This document shows, in pieces, positions 18,350-28,973 of a DNA stretch of 51,613 nucleotides. A program made the translations under genes and the position numbers. Below the pieces are notes generated by a model. The model searched no databases, had not been told where the DNA came from, and saw nothing but the letters and a program-made list of their open reading frames with translations. Source of the stretch: a virus (taxonomy: Duplodnaviria > Caudoviricetes); IMG/VR virus record IMGVR_UViG_3300011971_000139, positions 1 through 51,613 of that record; one strand, 5' to 3'. Position 1 is the first letter of the stretch. Every line of letters starts with the position of its first letter.

Positions 18350-20889
18350 TAGCCCTGCCGCCTCCTAACTATTTTAGCGGATTCATTCATAAAGTAATCA
18401 ATGTCTTTTTTGTCATTGAAACTATATGCGCCATTGAAATTAATTATCGTGCTACCCTGATTAGTGAAACTTCCACTCGTTGCAGTACCCGTACTTCCTA
18501 CTCCAGCTATACTCGGAGCAAGCTTCATTCCCACGTTTACACCAGCTGCTAAGCCTTTGATAGAGTCGATGACTTTAAACTTATTAGAATCAATGCCCTT
18601 GGCCATTCCAGACATGAAGTCAGGCATCCAGCTCTCATAGTCTGTTAATGGGCCTTCGTCTGGAACACTAAAGTGCAAGAAGCTTCTGATTTTATCTGCT
18701 ACTCCGCTGACCGCGTCACCAATTCTTCCGACCATCCCAGTTATTCCGTCGATCATTCCTTGGATCATGTCCTTACCGTATCCGACCATTTTAGAAGGCA
18801 TACCTCTCAGCCAGTCCATAGCGTTCGTAATTCCGTTTACAATGGCGTTCTTAACTCCTGAAATTGTATTCATGACCCCGTTCTTCAGGGAATTTCCCAT
18901 GTTTGAACCGATAGTAGATAATTGACTAGGTAATGCTCTAAACCAAGCCATGAGGCCATTAAATATGTCCTTTGCACCTTGAACAATGGAGTTACATAAA
19001 TTAATTACGGAAGACTTCAAGGCTGTCCATGCTGATGCAGCGGTGCTTTTAATCCCATCCCACAGATTCCTAAGGAAGTCTTTTAAGCCATTCCAAACTG
19101 CCTCTGTCACAGACTTTATGGCCGTCCATGCTTGTGATAAAGTTGTTTGCACAAGGTCGACATAATATTTAAAAATGTTCTTGATGTTCTCCCATATATT
19201 GACGAAATCATCCTTAAGGTTTGTAAAGATATGCCCCGCATCTTCTTTTAATTTGGTAAAGTTTCCGGTAACTAGATCTAATATCAAAAGTATGGCGCCA
19301 AGGAATATATTCTTGATGATGTCCCATGAATTTTCAAAGATAATCTTTATGCTCGCAAAGATAACTTTTATATCTCCGATTTGCTTGGAAAACTTATCAG
19401 TCACAAACTGGACTATCGAACTAACAATATTAATAAAGAATTGTTTGATCCCATTCCATACATTCTCTGTCGAAGTCTTTATGCTGTCCCACGTTTGGAC
19501 TATTGAGGCTCCTAACCTCTGGAAGAATTCGACGATCGCCGTGATTGATTCGCTCACTACCCGCTTGATTACTACCCAAGAGTTAACAATGAAATCATGG
19601 AAAGTCTTATTTTTATTCCATAGGAGCACAAACCCCGCAACTAATGCCACAATCAGTACTATGATAATTCCAATCGGGTTAGCGTTCATAGCTGCATTTA
19701 AGGCCCATTGGGCCACTGCACTTGCCTTTGTAGCTACAGCCCTTGCCTTATCTGCTGTGATTAATAACCAAAGATAGACCGTTTCTGCTTTGTCCTGCGC
19801 CATTTTAACAGCCTGTACCACATTGTGTGCCAAGAGGACAATGTTATTTGCTATGATATAAGCCTCGTGGGCTAGCCACACCACACCCAGTGTAACAAGG
19901 CTCCCCCGCACAAACTCGATGTTGTCTCTGACAAAAGTTAATGCCTTTGTGACGATGTCTAATACACTCGATAAACTGACCGTTTTGTTTTTCACGTCAT
20001 CCGTTGATCCGCTGAATTTTGGGAATAGTTCATTGGCAATCTGCCCTATGATAGTGATCCACTCTTTAAATTTAGCAGTGACTAAAGTTACCACGTCTGT
20101 GATAACTTGTTTGATCTTCGGCATGTTATCGTTAACCGTTTTAATCAGGCCAGTTAAGGTAGGCAGTAAAGCACTCCCGATTGTGGACCCTAATCCACTT
20201 ACCTGGTTCTTAGCAATAGTCATTTGGCCAGCAAATGTTTTACCGGCTGCTTCTGCAGATCCACCGAACTCCTTAGCCAATTCGGCAAGGATTACCTTCT
20301 GAGCACCCGCTACATCTCCATGCTTAACCATTGCCGCGATAGCTTCTTTTTGACCTGCAGTGAAGTTAACCCCTACCCTGGATAAGGCCGTGATGCCTTT
20401 TATGGGGTCTTGGAGAGCTTTACCTAGCTGAACTGCACTTGACTTTGTATCCTGGCCTAGTGCCTGGCTCATGTCGTTGACCGTCTTCAGAGCATCAGGG
20501 AATACGTTCTTACCGATGGATGTAAAGGTGAGTAAAAGATTCTCGGTTTCCATATTTGCGCCCTTAGAAAAGGTTGTAAGTTTTCCCTGAGCATCCGCAA
20601 GCTTCAGTAATTCATCTTTTGTCATACCGGCTGCTCCACCGGTTGATTTTAAGACAGCATCCATTTGGGCAAGTTTTTGTTCACCTGCTGATGCCTTGCT
20701 AATCATATCGGAGATACCCATGCCAGCTCCGAGTATTGCACCTAGCTTTAAGGCTGTGCCAGCTATGCCAGAGAAGGAGCTCCCCATGGATTTACCAACA
20801 GAAGAAGCTTTCTTATCGTATTTGTCTAATTGACTTTCGACTCCTGAATCTTTCAACAATACGGATCCGAACAGCTCAAAAATTTGCAC
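18349..20889 (-). CDS. Tape measure protein
   Basis: FELFGSV start, QLGKALQDPIKGITALSRVG, periodic Trp/Phe repeats, LHFSVPDEGPL. Confidence 0.95.
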   Translation of the reverse strand: MQIFELFGSVLLKDSGVESQLDKYDKKASSVGKSMGSSFSGIAGTALKLGAILGAGMGISDMISKASAGEQKLAQMDAVLKSTGGAAGMTKDELLKLADAQGKLTTFSKGANMETENLLLTFTSIGKNVFPDALKTVNDMSQALGQDTKSSAVQLGKALQDPIKGITALSRVGVNFTAGQKEAIAAMVKHGDVAGAQKVILAELAKEFGGSAEAAGKTFAGQMTIAKNQVSGLGSTIGSALLPTLTGLIKTVNDNMPKIKQVITDVVTLVTAKFKEWITIIGQIANELFPKFSGSTDDVKNKTVSLSSVLDIVTKALTFVRDNIEFVRGSLVTLGVVWLAHEAYIIANNIVLLAHNVVQAVKMAQDKAETVYLWLLITADKARAVATKASAVAQWALNAAMNANPIGIIIVLIVALVAGFVLLWNKNKTFHDFIVNSWVVIKRVVSESITAIVEFFQRLGASIVQTWDSIKTSTENVWNGIKQFFINIVSSIVQFVTDKFSKQIGDIKVIFASIKIIFENSWDIIKNIFLGAILLILDLVTGNFTKLKEDAGHIFTNLKDDFVNIWENIKNIFKYYVDLVQTTLSQAWTAIKSVTEAVWNGLKDFLRNLWDGIKSTAASAWTALKSSVINLCNSIVQGAKDIFNGLMAWFRALPSQLSTIGSNMGNSLKNGVMNTISGVKNAIVNGITNAMDWLRGMPSKMVGYGKDMIQGMIDGITGMVGRIGDAVSGVADKIRSFLHFSVPDEGPLTDYESWMPDFMSGMAKGIDSNKFKVIDSIKGLAAGVNVGMKLAPSIAGVGSTGTATSGSFTNQGSTIINFNGAYSFNDKKDIDYFMNESAKIVRRRQG

Positions 20890-21524
20890 CTATTTTCTCC
20901 TTCCTGCCATATCTGCCTGTTTAATCAGCTCGGCATCTTTTAATATTTCTTCTTTGTTAACTTTCACCTGGGTTCCAAATGCCTTATCCTTGTACTGCTC
21001 AAACGTCATGAAGTTTCCTTGGTCCATTCCGGGGCGATCAGATAAATACAGTTTCCATACCTGATCTTCAGCTTTCTTATCATAAGCAGTTTTAATAATC
21101 TCGTAACCCATAACGATGTCTAATCCCATGACATAATTCATATCTCCATACCTAGTCGCTAGGACATCAAGGCACTCAGAGGCAGATTCTACTTGAGTGC
21201 TGAGGACAAAAAAGATCCTACGCCCTCTTGACTCAGTAACTCTTTAATTAATGGTACGAGAAGGGCTAAATCCATGCTCTCAATTTCTTCCGTTGTCGAT
21301 CCTGTTACATCTGCTAAGAGCTTACATATCTCAACTTCGGCAGACCCTAAGTTCTCCACAAAGATTAAAATTAAGCTCGTTTGCATTGTTGCTTCCGCTT
21401 TGGCCTTTTCCTTGACAGAGAAGCCTGTTACGTCTTTTGCAACTTCTGCGATTTCTTTTTTTATGCTCATTTTCTTCACAATTCGGCTAAGTGCGAAAAT
21501 GTCTTTCGTAATAAGTTTTCTCAT
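20890..21524 (-). CDS. Tail assembly chaperone pair (G: 21189-21524; GT fusion to 20890 by a -1 frameshift)
   Basis: Slippery T TTT TTG at 21207-21213. The -1 frame reads FVLSTQVESASECLDVLATRYGD and joins MNYVMG of ORF 20890-21141. Confidence 0.85.
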
Positions 21525-21552
21525 GCGTGCGCCTCCAATTATTCCAATAGGA

Positions 21553-21580
21553 AAAGCACTCCCGTTTAAAGAGTGCTTTT
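21553..21580 (-). terminator. Terminator after the major tail gene
   Basis: AAAAGCACTC-CCGTTTAAA-GAGTGCTTTT. Confidence 0.7.
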
Positions 21581-21586
21581 AAATTT

Positions 21587-22480
21587 TTAGTTATTCGCTA
21601 CAGCTACAACTGGGAAGGTAGCTAGTACGCCACCGGACAATGATGTTACCTGAGAAGGAACAGATACAGGCAAGATATAACCGGCTGTGACCGCCTGTCC
21701 TGCTGTTGGTGGAGTAGTGAGCGTTAACAACACAACGCTTAGATCATTCACGTCCCTAGTGGCTGCGGTTACTGCATTTCCTGCCCCTAGCAGAGTAACT
21801 GTAAATCCGGTAAACGGTACAACAACGGCTGCCGAGCTATTAAAGTGTAAGCGAATTTTTCCATTAGACATAATCACTGGATCAGTCATATAGAAAGGTG
21901 CTAGTGCTCCAACTTGTGGATATCTGATTTCGTAAGGGCTGATAAGAGGGAAGTTCGGGTCGATACTAGCCGTAAACATGATAGGAAGGATATTATCGGC
22001 GGAATCCTTTGAACTAAACTTAATTCCATCTGAGGATAGAGCATTTTTAAGCATAATAACGACAGGCTTTAGGCTTCCGCTAAGTCTACCAACAATGGCG
22101 ATGTTATCAATGTAATCAGTAAGCAGAATTTCCGTCTTGCCTGTGATCGTGTCGTACCCAGCGTTAGTTGTGGTATCAACAACGCCAAATAATGCCGTTT
22201 TAATGATGTCAGTGGTCAGCTCCAGCATATTGGCCTTTAGGGTTACATCCGTTGAAATAACTCTTGTAAGTCCTTTAACGGTTCCTTTCAGACCATCGAC
22301 TTTTACATCTCTAGTCTTTACTACGATTACTAGCTCATTACCGCCAGATGTTGCACCAAGCAATGCTTCATTTGCAAGGCCATAGTTTTTATAAACTGCT
22401 CCTGCATCAATCATTAGGTTGTTTGGCGTATTTGGCGTGAATCCAATTGTGTTTGTGCTATTAATGGGCAAAATAATCAC
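21587..22480 (-). CDS. Major tail protein with a C-terminal Ig/SwmB-like domain
   Basis: IDAGAVYKNY...LLGATSGG...DYIDNIAIVG, plus a ~100-aa beta-rich C-terminal extension. Confidence 0.85.
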   Translation of the reverse strand: MIILPINSTNTIGFTPNTPNNLMIDAGAVYKNYGLANEALLGATSGGNELVIVVKTRDVKVDGLKGTVKGLTRVISTDVTLKANMLELTTDIIKTALFGVVDTTTNAGYDTITGKTEILLTDYIDNIAIVGRLSGSLKPVVIMLKNALSSDGIKFSSKDSADNILPIMFTASIDPNFPLISPYEIRYPQVGALAPFYMTDPVIMSNGKIRLHFNSSAAVVVPFTGFTVTLLGAGNAVTAATRDVNDLSVVLLTLTTPPTAGQAVTAGYILPVSVPSQVTSLSGGVLATFPVVAVANN

Positions 22481-22484
22481 TCCT

Positions 22485-22859
22485 TTATTTGTAATAAACC
22501 GTGACGATATAGCGCATCTGTCTGCGCTGAATGTGGATAATGGGATCAGGTATGCCTAGCCGGTGTGGAGTATTCCTGTTAATGGATATATACATGGCGG
22601 AATCTCCGTACTGTAGGCGGTTTAATGCTTCGTGAATTGCATCAGCTATGCCTTCAATTTCGCGGATGTCCGTTGCCTTGTCATCCCAAATATCCACCTC
22701 TAACAAATTGTTGTCGCTAAAACTATTGTTTGGTACAACATTGGGAAACTTAATCTCAACATAGGGATAAACTTTTGTTTCATCTTCTGGATAATGGTCC
22801 GCAAAGCTGGGGCAGATCGGATCGATGATGCCGGCAAGTAATTTGTATAATTCTAACAT
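22485..22859 (-). CDS. Tail terminator/completion protein
   Basis: YPYV...LEVDIWD...IEGIADAI motif and position in the tail module. Confidence 0.75.
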   Translation of the reverse strand: MLELYKLLAGIIDPICPSFADHYPEDETKVYPYVEIKFPNVVPNNSFSDNNLLEVDIWDDKATDIREIEGIADAIHEALNRLQYGDSAMYISINRNTPHRLGIPDPIIHIQRRQMRYIVTVYYK

Positions 22860-23197
22860 CAGGATCCTCCCATCTTGCTCCGGTATAGGGACTCTGCCGC
22901 ATTGATGATCTTTGGAATCGATGCCATGGCTCCGGGTTCAAGAAAAGGTTGGGCCTTATGGCCAGATAGCCCCTTCTCAATGGTCAAGGCATATGGCGCT
23001 GCAGGAGTTACTCCTACAACAACGCCAGCATTACCTGGCATGACTTCATAGACTTCTGATCTTCTCAGATTTCCTGTGTCTACTTTAGTTCTTGATTGCG
23101 CCTCTGCGACTACCAAGGTGCCAACTCCTTCGCAGAATTCTTTTTTACAGAGTTTCATTGCCGCCAATACCGCAGCTTTGTTACTTCTAAACTCCAC
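22859..23197 (-). CDS. HK97 gp10-like neck protein
   Basis: VDTGNLRRS...YA..IEKG...AQPFLEP. Confidence 0.85.
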   Translation of the reverse strand: MEFRSNKAAVLAAMKLCKKEFCEGVGTLVVAEAQSRTKVDTGNLRRSEVYEVMPGNAGVVVGVTPAAPYALTIEKGLSGHKAQPFLEPGAMASIPKIINAAESLYRSKMGGS

Positions 23198-23236
23198 ATA
23201 GCATCACCCCTTTCTAAAAAGTAGGCTCTTTTTTAT

Positions 23237-23551
23237 CTAAGCAACCCCTAAACAGGCACAATCGAGATAATCCCAATTTACAAGGGTCTTAATCTCATAC
23301 TTTTCTAATACCCCTTGGGGATTTGTGTAGTAGAAAACTGTCCCGATTTTTACATCAGGGTAAAAATCTAAAAATACCCTCTTATTCACTTCGATATTGT
23401 ATCCGTAAGTTCTAAGTAACAATGCCGTGCTATAAGGCTGTATATCACACATGACATCCCTCGCCCACGCCAGAACCCCAGGAATCGTGATCCCTCCAAC
23501 TTTAGTACTAGGTCCACGATTCCACACACCAACTTTATAATCCGTAAACAT
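23237..23551 (-). CDS. Head-closure (stopper) protein
   Basis: CDIQPYS...YG motif, position after the connector gene. Confidence 0.7.
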   Translation of the reverse strand: MFTDYKVGVWNRGPSTKVGGITIPGVLAWARDVMCDIQPYSTALLLRTYGYNIEVNKRVFLDFYPDVKIGTVFYYTNPQGVLEKYEIKTLVNWDYLDCACLGVA

Positions 23552-23894
23552 TCCGTTGCACCCCCATCATTCTAATAAACGGGGATGGTAATAAGCCCTT
23601 AACGCTGTCGGGTAAATCACTCTCGTAAGTTACGCCACGACTTCCTTGCTGGGCCTGACTGACCCCCTCGTTGCCCCTCTTACGGTAACACAGCGTCACG
23701 TACTCTATGAGTGCATCGGCGTAGACCACTGTAACGTCCAATGGGGGCGTAACGGGATCAGTAACGGGCACATCAGGTGCATTCATGTAGTTGGTGATCA
23801 GCGTAGTGCCCTTGCGAATGTAAACATTCAGCAAGGTATCTATTGAAAAATCTGATTCCTTACCCAGAACTACTTTGATGTCATCTAATAGCAT
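23535..23894 (-). CDS. Head-tail connector protein
   Basis: YRKRGNEGVSQAQQGSRGVTYESDLP. Confidence 0.85.
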   Translation of the reverse strand: MLLDDIKVVLGKESDFSIDTLLNVYIRKGTTLITNYMNAPDVPVTDPVTPPLDVTVVYADALIEYVTLCYRKRGNEGVSQAQQGSRGVTYESDLPDSVKGLLPSPFIRMMGVQRNVYGL

Positions 23895-23954
23895 GACCTA
23901 CCTCCTAAAAAGGGAAAGGGGAAAGGCGGTTAAGCCTTACCCTTTCTCATTCCC

Positions 23955-25226
23955 TTATAATGTTTCTTTGATGTTTACCTTGAGTGTAACGTATTTGTTG
24001 TCAAGGATAAACAAGTCATGATACTTACGGTAGTCCAGTTTCCAAGCATTCGCACCTTGGTTTGCGATAGGGTCAAAAATTCGCATTGTGTCCGTCTTGC
24101 ATACTGCAATAGCAGTATCTTGAGCCATTACGATCCAGTTAATATTTTTAGCAGCAACGGTACCCGTTCCGGCGCCTCCCGATAGTGTCTTTGCTGTACT
24201 TACAGCTTGAACAGTTGCACCCGTTACGGCAGCCGCAGTAATTAAGGCAGCACCTGCACCAGTAAATGTCAAAGCCGCAATTTGTGTAGCCGTAACAGCT
24301 AAAGCTACTGAACTACCGTTGGTTCCGAGCGTAATTACTAGATTTCCAGCACCATCAACCACACCAGCTGTAGCAACAGAAACGCCAGCGCCCTGAATAG
24401 TAGCAACAGTATACGCATTACCAACGGGTCCGATGCTTGAGGCAGAATATTTAACTCCGGCGATAACGATATTTGCAAAATCAACAGGAGCAAATCCAAA
24501 ATTAGTAGAGCCATCGGCAAACTCATAAGCCGTTTTCATCAAAGCACTAGGCACTTCGATTAATGGGTTCTTATCAAGCATAGTTACTTCAAGATCAATA
24601 CTTGAACCAGTTGTCATGGTCCCAGCTTGCATGCATCCCATCGCACCAACGTGTAACTGCTTAACGATTTCTGTGCTGTTCTCTAAGACATTTTGGGTAG
24701 CAATTGACAGCATCACTAATAGAGGAATACCAACACCGATTACATCCTGTACCGCCGCGATGTCCGCTCTAATTTTAGTTAAAATATCGGATACCCCGGG
24801 GGTATACCCGCCACTGACGCAATTACCACCTTTTGCGATGGCCAAGGCTGCAATCTTAGAGATACGGTATGCATCGACTTCCGGAATAACTTTTGTTCTT
24901 TGGAATTCTCCCATAAGATTTGAGGCTGTGGCTACAAAATTTGATTCATTTACATCTTGAGCGTCCAGAGAGAAGCTGGTTGCACGGTCTTGGCCCATTA
25001 CAAACGACTCGAATTCTAAAGTTGCGGATCCTTTCTTAAATCCATTATCTCGATCATAAGTCCCCAACCCACTCATGCTCAGCTTAGGTACTTTTACGGT
25101 CTTGCCACCTTGGTAAGATACTAGTGAAGCATTACCCTCCATGAAGCCTGTGACCGCTTTAGCTACAATTTGCTTGTCCAACTCCTGTTGGAATAGGGTT
25201 GCATAGGCGATTGTGTTGATCGGCAT
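23955..25226 (-). CDS. Major capsid protein with a ~110-aa inserted domain
   Basis: GGKTVKVPKL..GLGTYDR...QDR..F.LD..DVNES...EFQRTKVIPEVDAYR...YRKYHDLFILDNK. Confidence 0.9.
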   Translation of the reverse strand: MPINTIAYATLFQQELDKQIVAKAVTGFMEGNASLVSYQGGKTVKVPKLSMSGLGTYDRDNGFKKGSATLEFESFVMGQDRATSFSLDAQDVNESNFVATASNLMGEFQRTKVIPEVDAYRISKIAALAIAKGGNCVSGGYTPGVSDILTKIRADIAAVQDVIGVGIPLLVMLSIATQNVLENSTEIVKQLHVGAMGCMQAGTMTTGSSIDLEVTMLDKNPLIEVPSALMKTAYEFADGSTNFGFAPVDFANIVIAGVKYSASSIGPVGNAYTVATIQGAGVSVATAGVVDGAGNLVITLGTNGSSVALAVTATQIAALTFTGAGAALITAAAVTGATVQAVSTAKTLSGGAGTGTVAAKNINWIVMAQDTAIAVCKTDTMRIFDPIANQGANAWKLDYRKYHDLFILDNKYVTLKVNIKETL

Positions 25227-25279
25227 TAAAATAACCTCTTTCAAATATTATAGTGCTTTTTAAAGGGGAGCCCGAAACC

Positions 25280-25864
25280 CTATTTCATCCACTTAGAAAC
25301 TTCAGCCCTCATTTTTTCGTCAGCAGTGAGGTTTGTCTTATCGCCATTTGGCGGAGTATAGCTGTTGGTCTTAGCAAACTCGGTTTTGATGGCTTCATCA
25401 TGTGCTGCCATAGTTGCCATAAACTTTTCTAGATTCTTTGTTGTGATCTCGTCATCAGCACCAACAAAGAAATCAACTAGATCGGTCGGTAGCTTTTTAT
25501 CTTGGAATTGCTTGAGCGTCTTGTTCGTCAAGTCTTTGCGCGCAGAATCACTTTGCGCTTTATCGAACTGCGCCTGGAGATTTTTAAGGGCTAGATCCCG
25601 GGGATCGGCTGCCGGGTTCTCTTTTAGAAATCTTTCCTGATAGACCTTATCGAGATTATTTTCCTGCCAAGTTTTAAGACTCTTCGCCGAATGCTTGTCG
25701 TTCTCTGAATCAAGAAAAGATTTGAAGTCGGCATCGTTTAGCTTTGCTTTGAACGCCTCTAAAGTGGGAGCCACCTTAAAACCATCTAGTAAAGTCTGAA
25801 CTTCTGCGTTTTCCTTATTGGCCTCCAGGTATGTGGTGATTTCTCCGATATTTTCAACTGGCAT
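25280..25864 (-). CDS. Capsid scaffolding protein (DUF4355-like)
   Basis: SLKTWQENNL...LPTDLVDFFVG.D...T..N...YTP, upstream of the capsid gene. Confidence 0.8.
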   Translation of the reverse strand: MPVENIGEITTYLEANKENAEVQTLLDGFKVAPTLEAFKAKLNDADFKSFLDSENDKHSAKSLKTWQENNLDKVYQERFLKENPAADPRDLALKNLQAQFDKAQSDSARKDLTNKTLKQFQDKKLPTDLVDFFVGADDEITTKNLEKFMATMAAHDEAIKTEFAKTNSYTPPNGDKTNLTADEKMRAEVSKWMK

Positions 25865-25959
25865 ATTCTCTACCTCTTTCTGCCCTCTTGACGGTGTCCA
25901 CCAAGAACGCAATTGTTTTTGGGCATATAAAAAGCACCCTGGATGGATGCTGATTAACT

Positions 25960-26412
25960 TTATCTAATTCCGTCTTTAGCTGTTTGAAGTAAAAATCCTA
26001 GCAGCATCCAGACCTTATCTTTGATTTTATCCATGCAAATATTCTTTCCCATTTCTTCGTCATAGTTGGCAACATCTACACAGGATGAGCTTTCAATGAC
26101 CTTAAAGCCATTTGCCAAGGTCGCAATAACAATTGTAGATTTATTGCCTACCGTAATGATTTCAACGCTTGAAATGAAAGCATCAACGTTCTCCTGGGTA
26201 ATGGTGTTGTTATCTCCGACTCGCATATATGCCTTGTCAAAGGCTTTCTTGGGAAGCCATGAAGTAGTAAGTCCGGAGGGATAAACTACTTTATAGCCAG
26301 CAGTTTCTACACCACCGAAGTCTTCCGTTATTCCGCCTCTTTGATCTACGTTAAATTCGACGTCCGTCATGGGTATCGCTTCTAGTAACATGAATCCAAT
26401 ATACTTAGCCAT
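25960..26412 (-). CDS. Gp49-family phage protein
   Basis: GYKVVYP...SWLPK..F...LANGF.V.ESSSCVD.ANYDEEMG..IC...VW.LLGFLL. Confidence 0.8.
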   Translation of the reverse strand: MAKYIGFMLLEAIPMTDVEFNVDQRGGITEDFGGVETAGYKVVYPSGLTTSWLPKKAFDKAYMRVGDNNTITQENVDAFISSVEIITVGNKSTIVIATLANGFKVIESSSCVDVANYDEEMGKNICMDKIKDKVWMLLGFLLQTAKDGIR

Positions 26413-26413
26413 T

Positions 26414-27307
26414 TTAATCAACTCCTTTACTATTAGCCCAATCTTCGTAATTTTTGTAATCAATAATCTTGCCTGATTCATTATCCTTACGTGCCGATGG
26501 ACTCCATCCGGCGTAGGGAACGTTGATAAGACAACATCTGCACATTGGATGATTTTCGGGGGGAACAACTTTATCTGAATCATCGACGCCATAAATCTTG
26601 CCGTCTAGGACTGCGCATTCTGGCGATGTCTTTCCGTCAAGAGTAGCGGAGTACATTTGCTGGTCCACGCCTGTCGAACGCGCTATGTCGTCCCCGGCTT
26701 GACTCTGGATCCGCGCGTTCTCTGTACGAACAAGTCTCTGACTCTCGTAGGCGGTAACATTAAATCTATCCCGGATATCCCTACCCAAGCGATCAATGGT
26801 AATGTCACCTTTCATAGCCCCGACGATAGTGGATTGTAACTGGTCAATCATGCCGGCTTTGTTGGCCCAAATACGATCGGAGAAAAGTTCTCCCTTGAAC
26901 TCGTGGTTGACCGCTGCGTCCACAAATTCTTTCTTCAAGATATTAAACTTTAAGTTTGCTTTCATACCAGATTCCATCGTGAAGGCTGTTTTGTAGTACG
27001 TGAGCTTAAAAACAGAACCCAGTATCGCCGTGACCTGCTCAATCTCGCTTTGCCCTAAATGAACACCCATTGCCTTAAGCTTAGCCTTTACGTCGGTTGT
27101 AATCGTGGCTTTTTGCGTTGCTGATATGTTTAAGAATCCCTCTTTGCTATGGTCAATGTAGATCTTACCGATCATGGCATGCAGCTCATCCAGTGCAACC
27201 TTCTGCTCCAGATAAACATCCTTCATGGCGGCGTCCGCGAACGATTCTCCCTCAACTTTTAGGTCTTCAATTTTCTTTTGGTAAACTGGATCTACTTTCT
27301 TGCTCAT
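26414..27307 (-). CDS. Minor capsid/head morphogenesis protein (SPP1 gp7/Mu F-like)
   Basis: FSDRIW...RLVRTE...ATLDGKTS.EC..LDGK...HPMCRC. Confidence 0.9.
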   Translation of the reverse strand: MSKKVDPVYQKKIEDLKVEGESFADAAMKDVYLEQKVALDELHAMIGKIYIDHSKEGFLNISATQKATITTDVKAKLKAMGVHLGQSEIEQVTAILGSVFKLTYYKTAFTMESGMKANLKFNILKKEFVDAAVNHEFKGELFSDRIWANKAGMIDQLQSTIVGAMKGDITIDRLGRDIRDRFNVTAYESQRLVRTENARIQSQAGDDIARSTGVDQQMYSATLDGKTSPECAVLDGKIYGVDDSDKVVPPENHPMCRCCLINVPYAGWSPSARKDNESGKIIDYKNYEDWANSKGVD

Positions 27308-27531
27308 TTAGTCACGCCATAATCGAATAGGCCATTTGTATCTATGATCCTGTCGCAGTGCTTACAAATGGTCAGTCCCGCTGAGATCTCCGTTTTTGTA
27401 TGCGTGCATATCGACGGGTTACTTCCCAAAGATACAATCTGAGCATCGATACTATTCCTGTATATAATTAGATTGTCGTAAAGCTCCTGCATATCTAATT
27501 TCACGCCGACAGTAATACTATCAAACTTCAT
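27304..27531 (-). CDS. Hypothetical protein
   Basis: ORF with GGAGG RBS between the portal and gp7-like genes. Confidence 0.6.
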   Translation of the reverse strand: MKFDSITVGVKLDMQELYDNLIIYRNSIDAQIVSLGSNPSICTHTKTEISAGLTICKHCDRIIDTNGLFDYGVTK

Positions 27532-27560
27532 GTAGAGTCATCCTCCCTTGATCTTATTTT

Positions 27561-28973
27561 TCATTTAACTACTGGGACCTTAGTCACGGGGACCGGGGGC
27601 GCCGCAGGCGTTAGTGGCGGATTTAATAGCGAGTTTCCAATACTGTTAGCCTTTGCCTCTTCCTTGGCCTTAGCCACTTCATGCTGAGGATTATCCACGA
27701 AGGAAAATAGACTCAATGCTGTTTCTGAGCTTAATTTATCACCAAGGGCGGTCACGACAGTGCTATTTGTCACGTCATCGGATGGAATATTTGGAGTGAA
27801 TTTTACTTTTAAATCTTTGTAATCAAAACTGGTTTGGTGGAGCCAGTTTTGATAAATAAACAGCATCTTATTTCTCGTTTTAACACAGTTTGCCAGGGCT
27901 TTCTGGTTTAGCTTGCATTTTTCCTCCAAAGAAATAAGCCTAGCCCTTAAGGCCAGACTCGAAGTATTAGAACTCATCTTCTCGTTGGAATTGATATGGC
28001 AAGCGATCTGGAACATCTTATCCTCTAAAGTTGTCAGTGTGTTTTGAATGAAAGTATCGTTGATCGTCTTTATCAACCAAGAGGCGGATCCGTCCTTCCC
28101 CTTAGTTTTCATAACGCCCTGCTCTTTCATCTTCTTGAGATCGCCGTCCGCCAGATCTAAGTTATTCAGGACTAAATAAGCGTTTCTAAACTCGGTAATC
28201 TCTGAACTGATGTCTGATAGATTGGTTTCATAAGCATCCTGGAGCGCTTTAATATCCTTGTATAGACTGTCGAGCCAACCTTCTTCGCTGACGATTGCAA
28301 GGCCTACAGGAACACATCCGAATACATGGGTCTTCCGCGATATCTCCGTAAAAACCTCGTCACAGTGAATAATTTCTGAATCCGTGTAAATGTCCACGTA
28401 TTGTTTGGGATCGTAGGGTTCCCTATAAATATGGAGGAAGAATATAACGTTATCCCGGTTATCTGAATAGATAATACCGTGACGAGGTGAAATAACCCGG
28501 CTGCAGAACTGAGGTTCCGTATCGATGTAATATAGCTCGTAGGCTGTTGAGTAGATTAACATATTCTTTGCCAAGGTTGCGTCATGGTCCTCTTTCCAAT
28601 GCGCTGTAGCGAGACGCCTAAGCTCTACGATCTTTTCATCACCCTTGTGGCTCGTATAGGTAATATCATTGCCTACTGAATAACTAACTTCTTCTTTGGT
28701 GAACTTCTTAATGAAGTTGGTCCCTATTTTTTTATTGTACCTATCATTGACATAGTTATAATTCCCCGCGCCTTCTGCATCTAGATTGTACTCATTTATG
28801 AAGATGTCATCATATGAACCATTGGTCGAAAGGCCCATGCCATTACTGTTAGCATCGGTTAGGCCCATGTAATAGAGATACATTTTAAGAAAAACGTGAT
28901 ATTGAAGTTGGAAATTGGAAAATACTTTTGTAAGCAGGTCTTTTTGTTTATCCACATCAAAAATAGTGATCAC
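27561..28973 (-). CDS. Portal protein (SPP1 gp6-like)
   Basis: NFIKKFTKEEVSYSVGN...NTSSLALRARLISLEEKC...FTPNIPSDD. Confidence 0.92.
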   Translation of the reverse strand: MITIFDVDKQKDLLTKVFSNFQLQYHVFLKMYLYYMGLTDANSNGMGLSTNGSYDDIFINEYNLDAEGAGNYNYVNDRYNKKIGTNFIKKFTKEEVSYSVGNDITYTSHKGDEKIVELRRLATAHWKEDHDATLAKNMLIYSTAYELYYIDTEPQFCSRVISPRHGIIYSDNRDNVIFFLHIYREPYDPKQYVDIYTDSEIIHCDEVFTEISRKTHVFGCVPVGLAIVSEEGWLDSLYKDIKALQDAYETNLSDISSEITEFRNAYLVLNNLDLADGDLKKMKEQGVMKTKGKDGSASWLIKTINDTFIQNTLTTLEDKMFQIACHINSNEKMSSNTSSLALRARLISLEEKCKLNQKALANCVKTRNKMLFIYQNWLHQTSFDYKDLKVKFTPNIPSDDVTNSTVVTALGDKLSSETALSLFSFVDNPQHEVAKAKEEAKANSIGNSLLNPPLTPAAPPVPVTKVPVVK

